In this document: positions 1 through 9,827 of the stretch, one piece after another | Layout of the letters: each line of letters starts with the position of its first letter | Numbering within the stretch: position 1 is the stretch's first letter | Origin: Candidatus Heteroruminococcus faecigallinarum | GTDB lineage: Bacteria; Bacillota; Clostridia; Oscillospirales; Ruminococcaceae | NCBI GenBank assembly: GCA_904387055.1 | Contig: CAJFKV010000014.1 | Span: forward strand, 10,135 to 42,134 | DNA: 32,000 nucleotides | Direction: 5' to 3' | The notes under the pieces: generated by a model | Databases searched by the model: none | What the model saw: the letters and a program-made list of their open reading frames with translations, nothing else | What the model was told of the DNA's origin: nothing | Program-made: the position numbers and the translations under genes

Positions 1-1286
1 GCCCCACCTGCATGGCGTTCGCCATGAAGGTGGCCCAGGGCGCTGTGCCCCTGGAGAAGTGCCCCCACCTCTCTGACGAGGTGAAGGCCCAGCTGTCCGA
101 AGCCACCGCTCCGCCCATGAAGACCATCAAGGTGGGCGCCGGCAACAACGAGCACACCCTGGGCGGCGAGACGGTTCTCTTCCGTCACGAGAAGACCCTG
201 GTGAGCAAGAACCTGTACGCCGTCAAGGTGAGCAGCGGCATGGACGACGCCGCCAACGAGGCTGTCTTCGCCGCCATCCCCGGCCTGGATTACGAGAGAA
301 TCGGCGAGCGGATGTATGTGGAGTTCATCTACGTGGATTATGCCGCCGGGTCCGACAAGGGCAAGTACCTGGAGCTGGTGAAGAAGGCCGCTTCCATGGA
401 CCGGGCCCTGGTGCTCAACTGCGCCGATCCCGCCGTGGCCAAGGAGGCCCTGGAGATCGCCAAGGAGGGCAAGCCCATCCTGAACGGGGCCACCGCCGCC
501 AACTGCGACGAGATGAACGCCCTTGCCAAGGAATACGGCGTGACCCTGGGTGTTTCCGGCGCCGATCTGAACGAGCTCCATGACACCGTTGCCAAGCTGG
601 AGGCTGCCGGCAACAAGAACCTGATTCTGGATGTGGGCACCGCTTCCATCAAGGAGGCCTTCGGCAATGCGGTGCAGATCCGCCGCGCCTCGGTCAAGGA
701 CGGGGACCGCACCTTCGGGTACCCCTCCCTGGTGAATATTGCCGAGCTGGCTCCCGGCGACGACACCCTGCAGGCTGCGCTGGCCGCCATGTTCACCCTG
801 AAGTACGGCTCCATCCTGGTGATGAGCGGCATGAGCTATGCCCAGGCCCTGCCTCTGTACGGCCTGCGTCAGAACATCTACACCGACCCGCAGAAGCCCA
901 TGAAGGTGGAGCCCGGCATCTACCCGGTCAACGGCGCCGACGAGAACGCCATCTGCGCTCTCACCGTGGACTTCGCCCTCACCTACTTTGTGGTGTCCGG
1001 CGAGCTGGAGCGGTCCGGCGTGCCGGTGAACTTCCTCATCACCGACGCGGGCGGCTACTCGGTGCTGACCGCCTGGGCTGCCGGCAAGCTGAGCGCTTCC
1101 TCCATCGCCAAGTTCTTCCAGGAGAAGGACATTGAGGGCAAGATCAAGAATCGCACCCTCCTCATCCCCGGCAAGGTTGCCGTGCTGAAGGGCGAGATCG
1201 AGGAGAAGCTCCCCGGCTGGAACATCGTGGTTGCGCCCAACGAGGCCATCCAGATCGTCAAGTTCCTCAAGGATATGAACAAGTAA
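1..1286 (+). CDS. acsC: Corrinoid iron-sulfur protein large subunit (CoFeSP gamma), 5'-truncated by the window edge
   Basis: The reading frame is open from nt 3 (PTCMAFAMK...). This matches the end of the N-terminal 4Fe-4S motif region of AcsC, so the ATG at 12 is internal. The protein is full-length-like through to the TAA at 1284-1286, and acsE and acsB follow directly. Confidence 0.88.
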   Translation, partial: PTCMAFAMKVAQGAVPLEKCPHLSDEVKAQLSEATAPPMKTIKVGAGNNEHTLGGETVLFRHEKTLVSKNLYAVKVSSGMDDAANEAVFAAIPGLDYERIGERMYVEFIYVDYAAGSDKGKYLELVKKAASMDRALVLNCADPAVAKEALEIAKEGKPILNGATAANCDEMNALAKEYGVTLGVSGADLNELHDTVAKLEAAGNKNLILDVGTASIKEAFGNAVQIRRASVKDGDRTFGYPSLVNIAELAPGDDTLQAALAAMFTLKYGSILVMSGMSYAQALPLYGLRQNIYTDPQKPMKVEPGIYPVNGADENAICALTVDFALTYFVVSGELERSGVPVNFLITDAGGYSVLTAWAAGKLSASSIAKFFQEKDIEGKIKNRTLLIPGKVAVLKGEIEEKLPGWNIVVAPNEAIQIVKFLKDMNK

Positions 1287-1318
1287 AACCCAAAAACTAA
1301 CAATCAGGGGGTAACCAA

Positions 1319-2104
1319 ATGGCAAAGTTTATTACCATCGGCGAGAGAATCCACTGCATCTCTCCCGCCATCCGTGAAGCCATGAACACCAGAAATCCCG
1401 AGCCCATCCTGAAGCGTGCCTCCGAGCAGCTGAAGGCCGGCGCCACCTATCTGGATGTGAACATCGGTCCTGCCGAAAAGGACGGCGAGGAGCTGATGAA
1501 GTGGGCGGTCACCCTGCTGCAGGAGAACTTTGACAACGTTCCTCTCTGCCTGGACACCGCCAACCGGAAGGCCATTGAGGCCGGTATCTCGGTGTACAAC
1601 CGCAGCAAGGGCAAGCCCATCGTCAACTCGGCCGACGCCGGCGACCGGATCGAGAACATCGACCTGGCTGCTGCCAACGACGCCATCTGCATCGCCCTCT
1701 GCTCCAAGTCCGGCGTGCCTGCCGACAACGACGAGCGGATGGCTTACTGCCAGGAGCTGCTGGAGCGGGGCATGTCCCTGGGCATGGAGGAGACCGACCT
1801 GTGGTTCGATCCTCTGTTCCTGGTGATCAAGGGGATGCAGGACAAGCAGATGGACGTGCTGGAAGCCATCAAGATGTTCAGCGACATGGGTCTGAACACC
1901 ACCGGCGGCCTGTCCAACGTGTCCAACGGCATGCCCAAGTACATCCGTCCCATCATGGATTCCGCTATGGTGGCCATGGCCATGCAGAACGGCCTGACCT
2001 CCGCCATTGTCAACCCCTGTGACCAGCGGCTGATGGAGACCATCAAGTCCTGCGACATCATCAAGAACAACAACCTGTACGCGGACTCCTACCTGGAGAT
2101 CTAA
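1319..2104 (+). CDS. acsE: Methyltetrahydrofolate:corrinoid/iron-sulfur protein Co-methyltransferase
   Basis: 261 aa pterin-binding protein (MAKFITIGERIH...YLDVNIGP...). The length and sequence are typical of AcsE. It lies between acsC and acsB, with an SD-like GGGGG 8 nt upstream. Confidence 0.9.
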   Translation: MAKFITIGERIHCISPAIREAMNTRNPEPILKRASEQLKAGATYLDVNIGPAEKDGEELMKWAVTLLQENFDNVPLCLDTANRKAIEAGISVYNRSKGKPIVNSADAGDRIENIDLAAANDAICIALCSKSGVPADNDERMAYCQELLERGMSLGMEETDLWFDPLFLVIKGMQDKQMDVLEAIKMFSDMGLNTTGGLSNVSNGMPKYIRPIMDSAMVAMAMQNGLTSAIVNPCDQRLMETIKSCDIIKNNNLYADSYLEI

Positions 2105-2128
2105 GGACGGCTGTTTCTGTACCCTTGA

Positions 2129-2163
2129 CAACGGATTATCCCCCGGCGGAGGATAATCCGTTG
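2129..2163 (+). other. 13 bp perfect-stem hairpin in the acsE-acsB intergenic region
   Basis: The arms are CAACGGATTATCC (2129-2141) and GGATAATCCGTTG (2151-2163), separated by a 9 nt loop. The downstream sequence is only weakly U-rich. Confidence 0.5.
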
Positions 2164-2227
2164 TCGCCTATCTCCGCTTTTCTCAAAAGCGAGCAGAATC
2201 CTATGTCGAACTAAGGGAGGATTTGTC

Positions 2228-4363
2228 ATGAGTGCATTAACCGATCTGATCTTTGCCGGGTCCAATGGGGTAGCCGGCCTCACCGAGGGTGCCGTCAACG
2301 ACGCCATTGCCAAGTACGGCGCCGAGCAGAAGATCGCCTTCCCTGACACCGCCTACTTCTTCCCCACCATCTATGCTGCGACCGGTGTCAAGGTTGCCAA
2401 GCTGGGCGACCTGCCCGCCTGTGTGGAGGTTCTCAAGAGCCTGATTACCAACAAGCCGGAGCTGGGCGACGCCCTGAACGCCGGCCTGGCCACCGCCGTG
2501 GGGGCCGAGATTCTGGAAGGCCTCAAGTATATTGGCGGCGGCGACCCCTATGCCAACGAGTCCGGCATCGGCTTTGTTCCCGATCCCATCATCCGTTCCC
2601 TGGGCGTGCCGCTGGTTACCGGCGACATCCCCGGCGTGGCGGTGGTGCTGGGCAAGGCGGACAACGCTGCCGACGTGGTCAATGTGGTCAAGGATTACCA
2701 GAGCAAGGGTATCCTCACCTTCCTGGTGGGGGATGTCATCGAGCAGATCATTGACGGCGGCGTCAAGGTGGGGCTGGACTTCCGGGTTGTGCCCCTGGGG
2801 CACGAGGTCACCTCGGTCATCCATGTGGTGACGGTGGCGGTCCGGGCCGGGCTCATCTTCGGCAACCTGACCCCCGGCGACCTGCCTGGTCTGCTTGCCT
2901 ACACCAAGGAGCGGGTTCCCGCCTTTGTCAACACCTTCGGCGCTCTCAACGAGGTGGTGGTTTCCGCCGGCGCCGGCGCCATCGCCCTGGGCTTCCCGGT
3001 GGTGGCCGACATTGACCTGGGCGAGAACCAGGTTCCCGGCGCTCTGGAGTCGGTGACCGACCACTCCATGACCGTCAAGAAGTCCCTGGAGCTGCGGGGC
3101 ATCAAGATCAAGGTGAAGGAGCTGAACATCCCCGTCGCCTTTGCCGCCGCCTTCGAGGGCGAGATCATCCGCAAGAGCGATATGTACGCCGAGATGACCT
3201 CCGACAAGAACCCCACCTGCGAGCTGGTCCTCATGCGGGATGCCGACCAGGTGGAGGACCACAAGATCGTGGTGGACGGCCCGGACATCGACAGCGGCGA
3301 CGCCCCGGTGGAGCTGGCCCTGGCCACCCTCATCGAGGTTTACGGCAGCAAGATGCAGGCCGACTTTGAGCCGGTCATCGAGCGGAAGATCCACCACTGG
3401 TTCAACTACATGGAGGGTGTCATGCACACCGGCCAGCGGAACCTCTTCCGCATCCGCATCAACAAGGAGGCCTTTGAGAAGGGCCTGCGGATGAAGGACT
3501 TCGGCGAGGTGCTCTATGACATGATCATGGATGAGTTTGACAACGTGGTGGATAAGTGCCAGGTCACCCTCATCACCGACCCCGCCAAGGCCAAAGAGGT
3601 GCTGGACACCATGGCCATGCCTCGGTACAACGCCCGGGACGAGCGCCTGGAGTCGATGACCGACGAGACGGTGGACACCTTCTACACCTGCATCCTCTGC
3701 CAGTCCTTCGCCCCCAGCCACTGCTGCGTGGTCACCCCCGAGCGGCTGGGCCTCTGCGGCGCTGTGTCCTGGCTGGATGCCAAGGCCACCAAGGAGCTGA
3801 CCCCCACCGGTCCCTGCCAGCCCATCCCCAAGGAAGGCTGCCTGGACGAGAAGAAGGGCATCTACACGGCGGTCAACAAGGTGGTGGAGGAAGCCACCCA
3901 TGGCGCCGTCTCCAACGTAACCCTCTACTCCATCATGGAGGATCCCATGACCAGCTGCGGCTGCTTTGAGTGCATCTGCGGCATCCTGCCCGAGGCCAAC
4001 GGCGTGGTGGTGGTCAACCGGGAGTACAAGGGCGGCACCCCCACCGGCATGACCTTCGGCGAGCTGGCCTCCATGACCGGCGGCGGCGTTCAGACCCCCG
4101 GCTTCATGGGCCACGGCCGCCACTTCATCTCCTCCAAGAAGTTCATCAGCGCCGAGGGCGGCATCGAGCGGATTGTCTGGATGCCCAAGGAGCTGAAGGA
4201 CGACGTGGCTCCCCGGCTGAACAAAACCGCCAAGGAGATGCTGGGCATCGACAACTTTACCGATATGATCTGTGACGAGACCATTGCCACCGACTCGGAG
4301 GCCGTGCTCGCCTTCCTCACCGAGAAGGGACATCCTGCCCTGGGCATGGATCCCCTGATGTAA
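2228..4363 (+). CDS. acsB: Acetyl-CoA synthase catalytic subunit (A-cluster protein, clostridial type)
   Basis: 711 aa. It carries the A-cluster Cys motifs CILCQSFAPSHCCVVTPERLGLCGA and SCGCFECI. The N-terminus (FPDTAYFFPTIYA) is typical of AcsB, and a strong SD (AAGGGAGG) precedes the ATG. Confidence 0.95.
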   Translation: MSALTDLIFAGSNGVAGLTEGAVNDAIAKYGAEQKIAFPDTAYFFPTIYAATGVKVAKLGDLPACVEVLKSLITNKPELGDALNAGLATAVGAEILEGLKYIGGGDPYANESGIGFVPDPIIRSLGVPLVTGDIPGVAVVLGKADNAADVVNVVKDYQSKGILTFLVGDVIEQIIDGGVKVGLDFRVVPLGHEVTSVIHVVTVAVRAGLIFGNLTPGDLPGLLAYTKERVPAFVNTFGALNEVVVSAGAGAIALGFPVVADIDLGENQVPGALESVTDHSMTVKKSLELRGIKIKVKELNIPVAFAAAFEGEIIRKSDMYAEMTSDKNPTCELVLMRDADQVEDHKIVVDGPDIDSGDAPVELALATLIEVYGSKMQADFEPVIERKIHHWFNYMEGVMHTGQRNLFRIRINKEAFEKGLRMKDFGEVLYDMIMDEFDNVVDKCQVTLITDPAKAKEVLDTMAMPRYNARDERLESMTDETVDTFYTCILCQSFAPSHCCVVTPERLGLCGAVSWLDAKATKELTPTGPCQPIPKEGCLDEKKGIYTAVNKVVEEATHGAVSNVTLYSIMEDPMTSCGCFECICGILPEANGVVVVNREYKGGTPTGMTFGELASMTGGGVQTPGFMGHGRHFISSKKFISAEGGIERIVWMPKELKDDVAPRLNKTAKEMLGIDNFTDMICDETIATDSEAVLAFLTEKGHPALGMDPLM

Positions 4364-4399
4364 ACCCATGCCGCCAGCGTAACCTGTGTCTCGCTGCCC

Positions 4400-4427
4400 G
4401 GGGCCCGCTTATCTGTGAGCGGGCCCC
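4400..4427 (+). other. GC-rich hairpin in the acsB-RACo intergenic region
   Basis: The arms are GGGGCCCGC (4400-4408) and GCGGGCCCC (4419-4427), separated by a 10 nt loop. No U-tract follows. Confidence 0.45.
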
Positions 4428-4474
4428 TTCCAGGGTAACGGGACCGGGAGCGCCGGCTGCGGAAAGGATTCTGT

Positions 4475-6460
4475 ATGTTTCACGTAACCTTCAAGTTTGA
4501 GCACAGCGACGACGTGTCCATCTACGCCGCCCCCGGCGAGAATCTGCTGGAGGTGGCCCGGAAGGCCAATGTGGCCATCGACGCGCCCTGCTCCGGCAAC
4601 GGCTCCTGCGGCAAGTGCCGGGTCAAGCTTCTTTCCGGCCAGGTGCAGACCCAGCCCTCCCGGCACATCTCCCAGGAGGAGTTTGACGCGGGGTGGCGGC
4701 TGGCCTGTACCAGCAAGGTGATGGACGATACCACCGTCCTGGTGCCCGACATTTCCTCCGCCTACCGGGACCGGATGCGGGTGGCGGACCTGGATTCCAA
4801 AAAGGAGATCGAGATCTTCCAGCGGATCAAGGACAACATCATCCAGGCGGGCATCCCCCTGGAAAACCACATGTCCTCCCTGCTGGTGGAGATGTCGCCC
4901 CCTTCCCTGGACGACACCATGCCGGACAACGAGCGGCTGAGCAGGGCCATCTGTGCCCTCACCGGGGCCGACCGGGTCAAGATCTCCTATTTCGCCATGA
5001 AAAAGCTGCCGGACGTGCTGCGGGAAAACGACTTCAAGGTGAAGTGCGTCATCAAATACAACAAGGAGGGGACCGTCGGCCGGCCCTATGTATTTGACGT
5101 GACCTCCCCCGAGGACAAGGCCCCCATCTGCGGGCTGGCCATCGACATCGGCACCACCACCGTCGCGGCCCTCATTGTGGATATGGAGACCGGCAACATC
5201 TTGGCCAAGGCCTCCTCCGGCAACGGGCAGATCCGGTATGGGGCGGACGTCATCAACCGGATCATCGAGTCCACCAGGGCCAACGGCCGCAGCAAATTGC
5301 AGCGGGCGGTCATCGGCGAGACCATCAACCCCCTCATCGACAACATGTGCCGCTCCATCGGCCTGGACCGGCTGCGGATCTTCCGGGTCTGCGTGGCGTC
5401 CAACACCACCATGAACCATCTGTTTGCCGGCATCAGCGCCAATCCCCTGCGGATGGAGCCCTTCATCCCCGCCTTTTTTGAGACCGACAGCCTCAACGCC
5501 CAGGATCTGGGCCTCCACGCCCATCCCAACGCCCGCATCTGTATCTCCCCCAACATCGGCAGCTATGTGGGCGGCGACATCACCTCCGGCACCCTGGCCA
5601 GCATGATCTGGAACAAGGAGGAGATGTCCCTCTTCATCGATCTGGGGACCAATGGGGAGCTGGTCTTCGGCAATTCGGACTTTATGATGAGCTGCGCCTG
5701 CTCCGCCGGCCCGGCCTTTGAAGGCGGGGACATCAGCTGCGGCATGCGGGCCACCACCGGCGCCATCGACTCCTGCACCATCGACCCGGTCACCATGGAG
5801 CCCACCCTGTCGGTCATCGGCACCGACCCGGAAACCGACGAACCGGTTCCCCCGGTGGGGATCTGCGGCTCGGGCATCATCGACATCATCAGCGAACTGT
5901 ACCGGTGCGGCATCATCAACTCCAAGGGACTCTTTGTCCGGGAGGGGAAGCGGATCGTCCGGGACGAGCACGGCATGGGCGCCTATGTGCTGGCCTGGCA
6001 GAAGGAAACCGGCACCCAGATGCGGGACATTTCCATCAACGAGGTGGACATCGACAACTTCATCCGGGCCAAGGGTGCCATCTTCTCGGCCATCAACGTG
6101 ATGCTCAGCTCCCTGGGCTTTGATGTGTCGGTGATCGACCATGTGTACGTGGCCGGCGGCATCGGCAGCGGCATCAACATGCGCAACGCGGTCAACATCG
6201 GCATGTTCCCCGACCTTCCCCTGGAGAAGTTCACCTATATCGGCAACTCGTCCCTGTCCGGGGCCTACTGCATCCTGCTGTCCAAGGCAGCGGAGGAAAA
6301 GGTTGCCCAGATTGCCCGGAACATGACCTATCTGGAGCTGAGCAACGAGCCCACCTACATGGACGAATTTGTGGCCGCCTGCTTCCTGCCCCACACCAAC
6401 GCTTCCCTCTTTCCCTCGGTTCAGCAGGTGAAGCTGGACGGAAAGGGGGACGCCCAATGA
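4475..6460 (+). CDS. acsV: Reductive activator of corrinoid Fe-S protein (RACo): N-terminal 2Fe-2S ferredoxin plus ASKHA-fold ATPase
   Basis: It has an N-terminal plant-type ferredoxin motif (CSGNGSCGKCRV...C) and an ASKHA phosphate-1 motif (AIDIGTTTVAA). At 661 aa and directly after acsB, it fits the RACo family. Confidence 0.85.
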   Translation: MFHVTFKFEHSDDVSIYAAPGENLLEVARKANVAIDAPCSGNGSCGKCRVKLLSGQVQTQPSRHISQEEFDAGWRLACTSKVMDDTTVLVPDISSAYRDRMRVADLDSKKEIEIFQRIKDNIIQAGIPLENHMSSLLVEMSPPSLDDTMPDNERLSRAICALTGADRVKISYFAMKKLPDVLRENDFKVKCVIKYNKEGTVGRPYVFDVTSPEDKAPICGLAIDIGTTTVAALIVDMETGNILAKASSGNGQIRYGADVINRIIESTRANGRSKLQRAVIGETINPLIDNMCRSIGLDRLRIFRVCVASNTTMNHLFAGISANPLRMEPFIPAFFETDSLNAQDLGLHAHPNARICISPNIGSYVGGDITSGTLASMIWNKEEMSLFIDLGTNGELVFGNSDFMMSCACSAGPAFEGGDISCGMRATTGAIDSCTIDPVTMEPTLSVIGTDPETDEPVPPVGICGSGIIDIISELYRCGIINSKGLFVREGKRIVRDEHGMGAYVLAWQKETGTQMRDISINEVDIDNFIRAKGAIFSAINVMLSSLGFDVSVIDHVYVAGGIGSGINMRNAVNIGMFPDLPLEKFTYIGNSSLSGAYCILLSKAAEEKVAQIARNMTYLELSNEPTYMDEFVAACFLPHTNASLFPSVQQVKLDGKGDAQ

Positions 6461-7113
6461 CCGCCCCCACGCCCCCCCGCTACGACAAGGACAACAAGGA
6501 GCGGCTCCCCTTTGAACACTACCGGGCCCGGTTTGCCCAGCTGGACCCCCTGGAGGCGGCGGACCGGTGCGCCCTGCCCTACGACCCCCAGACCCAGGAG
6601 TTCACCCTGCGGCTGATGGACCGGTGCTACGCTGTCCGCTGGCCGGAGTTCACCTTCCGCTGTGTGGACCAGGACCCCTCCGGCTATCTGGCCCTGGAGT
6701 CCTACTTCCCCAGCCGCACCCTGGTCATCCGGTACCTGCTGGAGGGCCGGTGTGTCCCGCCGTCGGGGACCTTCGTCACCTACCGGGATGTCCCCTGGGG
6801 GGAGGTGTACTTCCGCAACTTCCAGGGGCGGTGCCTGGCCCGGCTGGCCTTTGGGTTCGGCAACCGGCTGGAAGACTTCCGCCGGGGGATGGAGCGCCTC
6901 CACGCCGCCCCGGTCCCTTCCGGGGACGCCGCCTACCAGCTTGAATTCCTGGACAACCTATTTGTCCGGTTCATCCTGTGGGCCGGGGACGAGGAGTTCC
7001 CCCCCTCCTCCCAGATCCTCTTTTCGGACAATTTCCCCCAGGCATTCACAGCGGAGGATATGGCGGTTGTGGGAGATATCGCCATCGGCACCCTGAAAGA
7101 AATAGCAAAATAA
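6457..7113 (+). CDS. DUF3786-domain protein (conserved unknown associated with acs clusters)
   Basis: 218 aa. Its start overlaps the RACo stop in an ATGA (6457-6460). The sequence resembles the DUF3786 proteins usually encoded next to RACo in acetogens. Confidence 0.72.
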   Translation: MTAPTPPRYDKDNKERLPFEHYRARFAQLDPLEAADRCALPYDPQTQEFTLRLMDRCYAVRWPEFTFRCVDQDPSGYLALESYFPSRTLVIRYLLEGRCVPPSGTFVTYRDVPWGEVYFRNFQGRCLARLAFGFGNRLEDFRRGMERLHAAPVPSGDAAYQLEFLDNLFVRFILWAGDEEFPPSSQILFSDNFPQAFTAEDMAVVGDIAIGTLKEIAK

Positions 7114-7124
7114 CCAAAAGATTT

Positions 7125-7170
7125 TACACAGGTGGCGGCTGTCACGGCAGTCGTTGCCTGTGTATTTTTG
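7125..7170 (+). terminator. Rho-independent terminator ending the acs operon
   Basis: The hairpin arms TACACAGG and CCTGTGTA extend inward with G-U and G-C pairs. ATTTTTGTAATTTATTT follows, 12 nt after the DUF3786 stop. Confidence 0.6.
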
Positions 7171-7341
7171 TAATTTATTTCCAATCAAAGATGCGTTTTT
7201 TGGCTTCCCTTCGCCGTTCTTTCCCCTCCTCTCTTCCCCGCATGGGAATTGGAAATAATTTGGAGAAGGGAACAAACGTTTGCAAAAAATCGCGAGATCG
7301 TTAAATTTTTGGTAATATTGTAAGAATCGCATCAAACGGCC

Positions 7342-7370
7342 TTGTCGTCAGAAAAAAAACGAGCTATAAT
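7342..7370 (+). promoter_or_regulatory. Sigma-A-type promoter candidate for fhs-fchA-folD-FNT
   Basis: TTGTCG (7342-7347) is followed by a 17 nt spacer and TATAAT (7365-7370), within an AT-rich 365 nt gap. Confidence 0.5.
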
Positions 7371-7478
7371 ATACACAATCCCGGAAACGGTGGGCCCCTT
7401 CCTCGAAAACACGCAAGGGACAGGAAGCCCGGCGCCCAGAAATCATCCAAACAAGTATTGGAAAAGGAGAGACGTATC

Positions 7479-9152
7479 ATGAGTTACAAAACCGACATTG
7501 AGATTGCACAGGAAACTGTCATGAGCCCCATTACCGAGGTGGCCAAAGAAGCTGGTATTGACGACAAATACCTGGAGCAGTACGGCAAGTACAAGGCCAA
7601 GCTGGACTACAACATGCTGCGGGAAACCGATGCTCCCGACGGTAAGCTGATCCTGGTCACCGCCATCACCCCCACCCCCGCCGGTGAAGGCAAGACCACC
7701 ACGACGGTTGGTCTGGCCGACGGTATGCGGAAGCTGGGCAAGAAGGTAATGGTCGCCCTCCGCGAGCCCTCCCTGGGCCCGGTCTTCGGCGTCAAGGGCG
7801 GTGCCGCCGGCGGCGGATACGCTCAGGTGGTTCCCATGGAGGACATCAACCTCCACTTCACCGGTGACTTCCATGCCATCGGCGCTGCCAACAACCTGCT
7901 GGCTGCCATGCTGGACAACCACATCTACCAGGGCAACAAGCTGAACATCGACCCCCGCCGGATCACCTGGAGACGGTGTGTGGATATGAACGACCGTCAG
8001 CTGCGCTTCGTGGTGGACGGCCTGGGCGGCCGGGTCAACGGCGTGCCTCGTGAGGACGGCTACGACATCACCGTTGCCTCCGAGATCATGGCTGTCCTCT
8101 GCCTGGCTGCGGACATCCCCGATCTGAAGAAGCGCCTGGGCCGGATCATCGTCGGCTACACCTACGACGAGAAGCCCGTCACCGCTGACGATCTCCATGC
8201 CGCCGGCGCCATGACCGCCCTGCTGAAGGACGCTCTGAAGCCCAACCTGGTCCAGACCCTGGAGCACACCCCCGCTATCGTCCACGGCGGCCCCTTCGCC
8301 AACATTGCTCACGGCTGTAACTCCATCATCGCCACCAAGATGGCTCTGAAGCTGGGCGACTACACCATCACCGAGGCCGGCTTCGGCGCGGACCTGGGCG
8401 CCGAGAAGTTCCTGGACATCAAGTGCCGGATGGCTGGCCTCAAGCCCGACGCGGTGGTCATGGTTGCGACCGTCCGTGCCCTCAAGCTCCATGGCGGCGT
8501 TCCCAAGACCGAGCTGGGCACCGAGAACATCGAAGCCCTCAAGAAGGGCCTGCCCAACCTGCTGCAGCATGTGGAGAACATCACCAACGTCTACAAGCTG
8601 CCCTGCGTGGTTGCCATCAACCGCTTCCCCACCGACACCGAGGCCGAGCTGAAGGTTGTTGAGGACGAGTGCAAGAAGCTGGGCGTCAACGTTGCTCTGT
8701 CCGAGGTTTGGGGCAAGGGCGGCGACGGCGGCATCGAGCTGGCCAAGGAAGTGGTCCGTCTGTGCGAGCAGCCCAACGACTTCACCTTCAGCTACGAGGA
8801 CGACCTGTCCATCGAGGAGAAGATCGAGGCCATCGTCAAGAAGATCTACCATGGCGACGGCGTGGTCCTCACCGCCAACGCCAAGAAGCAGGCCGAGACC
8901 CTCACCGCTCTGGGCTTTGGCAAGTGCCCCGTCTGCATGGCCAAGACCCAGTACAGCTTCTCCGATAACCCCGCTCTTCTGGGTGCTCCCCGGGGCTTCA
9001 CCGTCACCGTGCGGAACCTGAAGATCTCCGCCGGCGCCGGCTTCATCGTGGCCCTCACCGGCGACATCATGACCATGCCCGGCCTGCCCAAGGTGCCCGC
9101 CGCCGAGAAGATCGACGTGGATGCCACCGGCAAGATCAGCGGCCTGTTCTAA
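7479..9152 (+). CDS. fhs: Formate--tetrahydrofolate ligase
   Basis: It starts [11 protein letters not shown] and has the P-loop [16 protein letters not shown] prefer the ATG at 7479, which has an SD (GGAGAG at 7466-7471), over the TTG at 7458 used by the ORF track. Confidence 0.95.
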   Translation: MSYKTDIEIAQETVMSPITEVAKEAGIDDKYLEQYGKYKAKLDYNMLRETDAPDGKLILVTAITPTPAGEGKTTTTVGLADGMRKLGKKVMVALREPSLGPVFGVKGGAAGGGYAQVVPMEDINLHFTGDFHAIGAANNLLAAMLDNHIYQGNKLNIDPRRITWRRCVDMNDRQLRFVVDGLGGRVNGVPREDGYDITVASEIMAVLCLAADIPDLKKRLGRIIVGYTYDEKPVTADDLHAAGAMTALLKDALKPNLVQTLEHTPAIVHGGPFANIAHGCNSIIATKMALKLGDYTITEAGFGADLGAEKFLDIKCRMAGLKPDAVVMVATVRALKLHGGVPKTELGTENIEALKKGLPNLLQHVENITNVYKLPCVVAINRFPTDTEAELKVVEDECKKLGVNVALSEVWGKGGDGGIELAKEVVRLCEQPNDFTFSYEDDLSIEEKIEAIVKKIYHGDGVVLTANAKKQAETLTALGFGKCPVCMAKTQYSFSDNPALLGAPRGFTVTVRNLKISAGAGFIVALTGDIMTMPGLPKVPAAEKIDVDATGKISGLF

Positions 9153-9182
9153 TCACCAGCCATTGGGCGGGAGGAAACGACC

Positions 9183-9812
9183 ATGACTTTTACCAAGATG
9201 AGCTGCGAGGAGTTTGTTGACATCCTCGCCTCCAAGGAACCTGCCCCCGGCGGCGGCGGCGCTTCGGCGCTGGTCGGCGCCGTGGGCACCGCCCTCGGCA
9301 ACATGGTGGGCAGCCTCACCGTGGGCAAGAAAAAGTACGCTGCCGTGCAGGAGGACATTCTTGCCCTCAAGGCCAAGGCCGACGCTCTGCAAAAGGAGTT
9401 TATCGACCTGGTTGCCAAGGACGCCGAGGCCTTTGTCCCGGTGTCCAAGGCCTACGGCATGCCCACCGAAACCGAGGAGCAGAAGGCCGAAAAGGCCCGG
9501 GTGATGGAAGCGGCTCTGGATATTGCCTGCAGCGTGCCCATGACCATCATGGAGAAGTGCTGTGAGGCCATCCAGCTCCACAAGGAGTTTGCCGCCAAGG
9601 GCAGCGCCCTGGCCATCAGCGACGTGGGCTGCGGCGTTGTGTGCTGCAAGGCCGCGCTGATGGGCGCCAGCCTGAATGTGTTTATCAACACCAAGTCCAT
9701 GGCCAACCGGGAAAAAGCCGAAGCCCTCAACAAGAAGGCGGAGGATATGCTGGCCACCTACACCGCCATGGCGGACGAGATTTACGCCGACGTGCGGGCC
9801 CGATTCAACTGA
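9183..9812 (+). CDS. fchA: Cyclodeaminase/cyclohydrolase-family protein (methenyl-THF cyclohydrolase FchA type)
   Basis: 209 aa FTCD_C-like protein (SKEPAPGGGGASALVGAVG...). It lies between fhs and folD, as in clostridial methyl-branch operons. Confidence 0.85.
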   Translation: MTFTKMSCEEFVDILASKEPAPGGGGASALVGAVGTALGNMVGSLTVGKKKYAAVQEDILALKAKADALQKEFIDLVAKDAEAFVPVSKAYGMPTETEEQKAEKARVMEAALDIACSVPMTIMEKCCEAIQLHKEFAAKGSALAISDVGCGVVCCKAALMGASLNVFINTKSMANREKAEALNKKAEDMLATYTAMADEIYADVRARFN

Positions 9813-9827
9813 CGGAGGACGACAAAG

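Noticed and set aside
1304-6457. Long minus-strand ORFs antisense to acsE, acsB and RACo (1304-2131, 2237-4369, 4409-6457). Similar ORFs lie antisense to fhs, folD, the SBP gene (15302-17509, plus strand) and metG (28187-29944).
   Set aside because: The reasoning is the same. Their composition is dominated by G, H, L, V, D, A and P. They lack SD and start context and have no family resemblance, whereas the sense-strand proteins are unambiguous.
7171-7478. A possible THF or other riboswitch in the long AT-rich leader upstream of fhs. I also considered a T-box upstream of metG (28058-28162).
   Set aside because: The predicted fhs leader is only about 100 nt and shows no motif I recognise. The metG upstream gap is about 105 nt, too short for a T-box, and I did not recognise a T-box motif or antiterminator in it. 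An Infernal/Rfam scan would settle the question.
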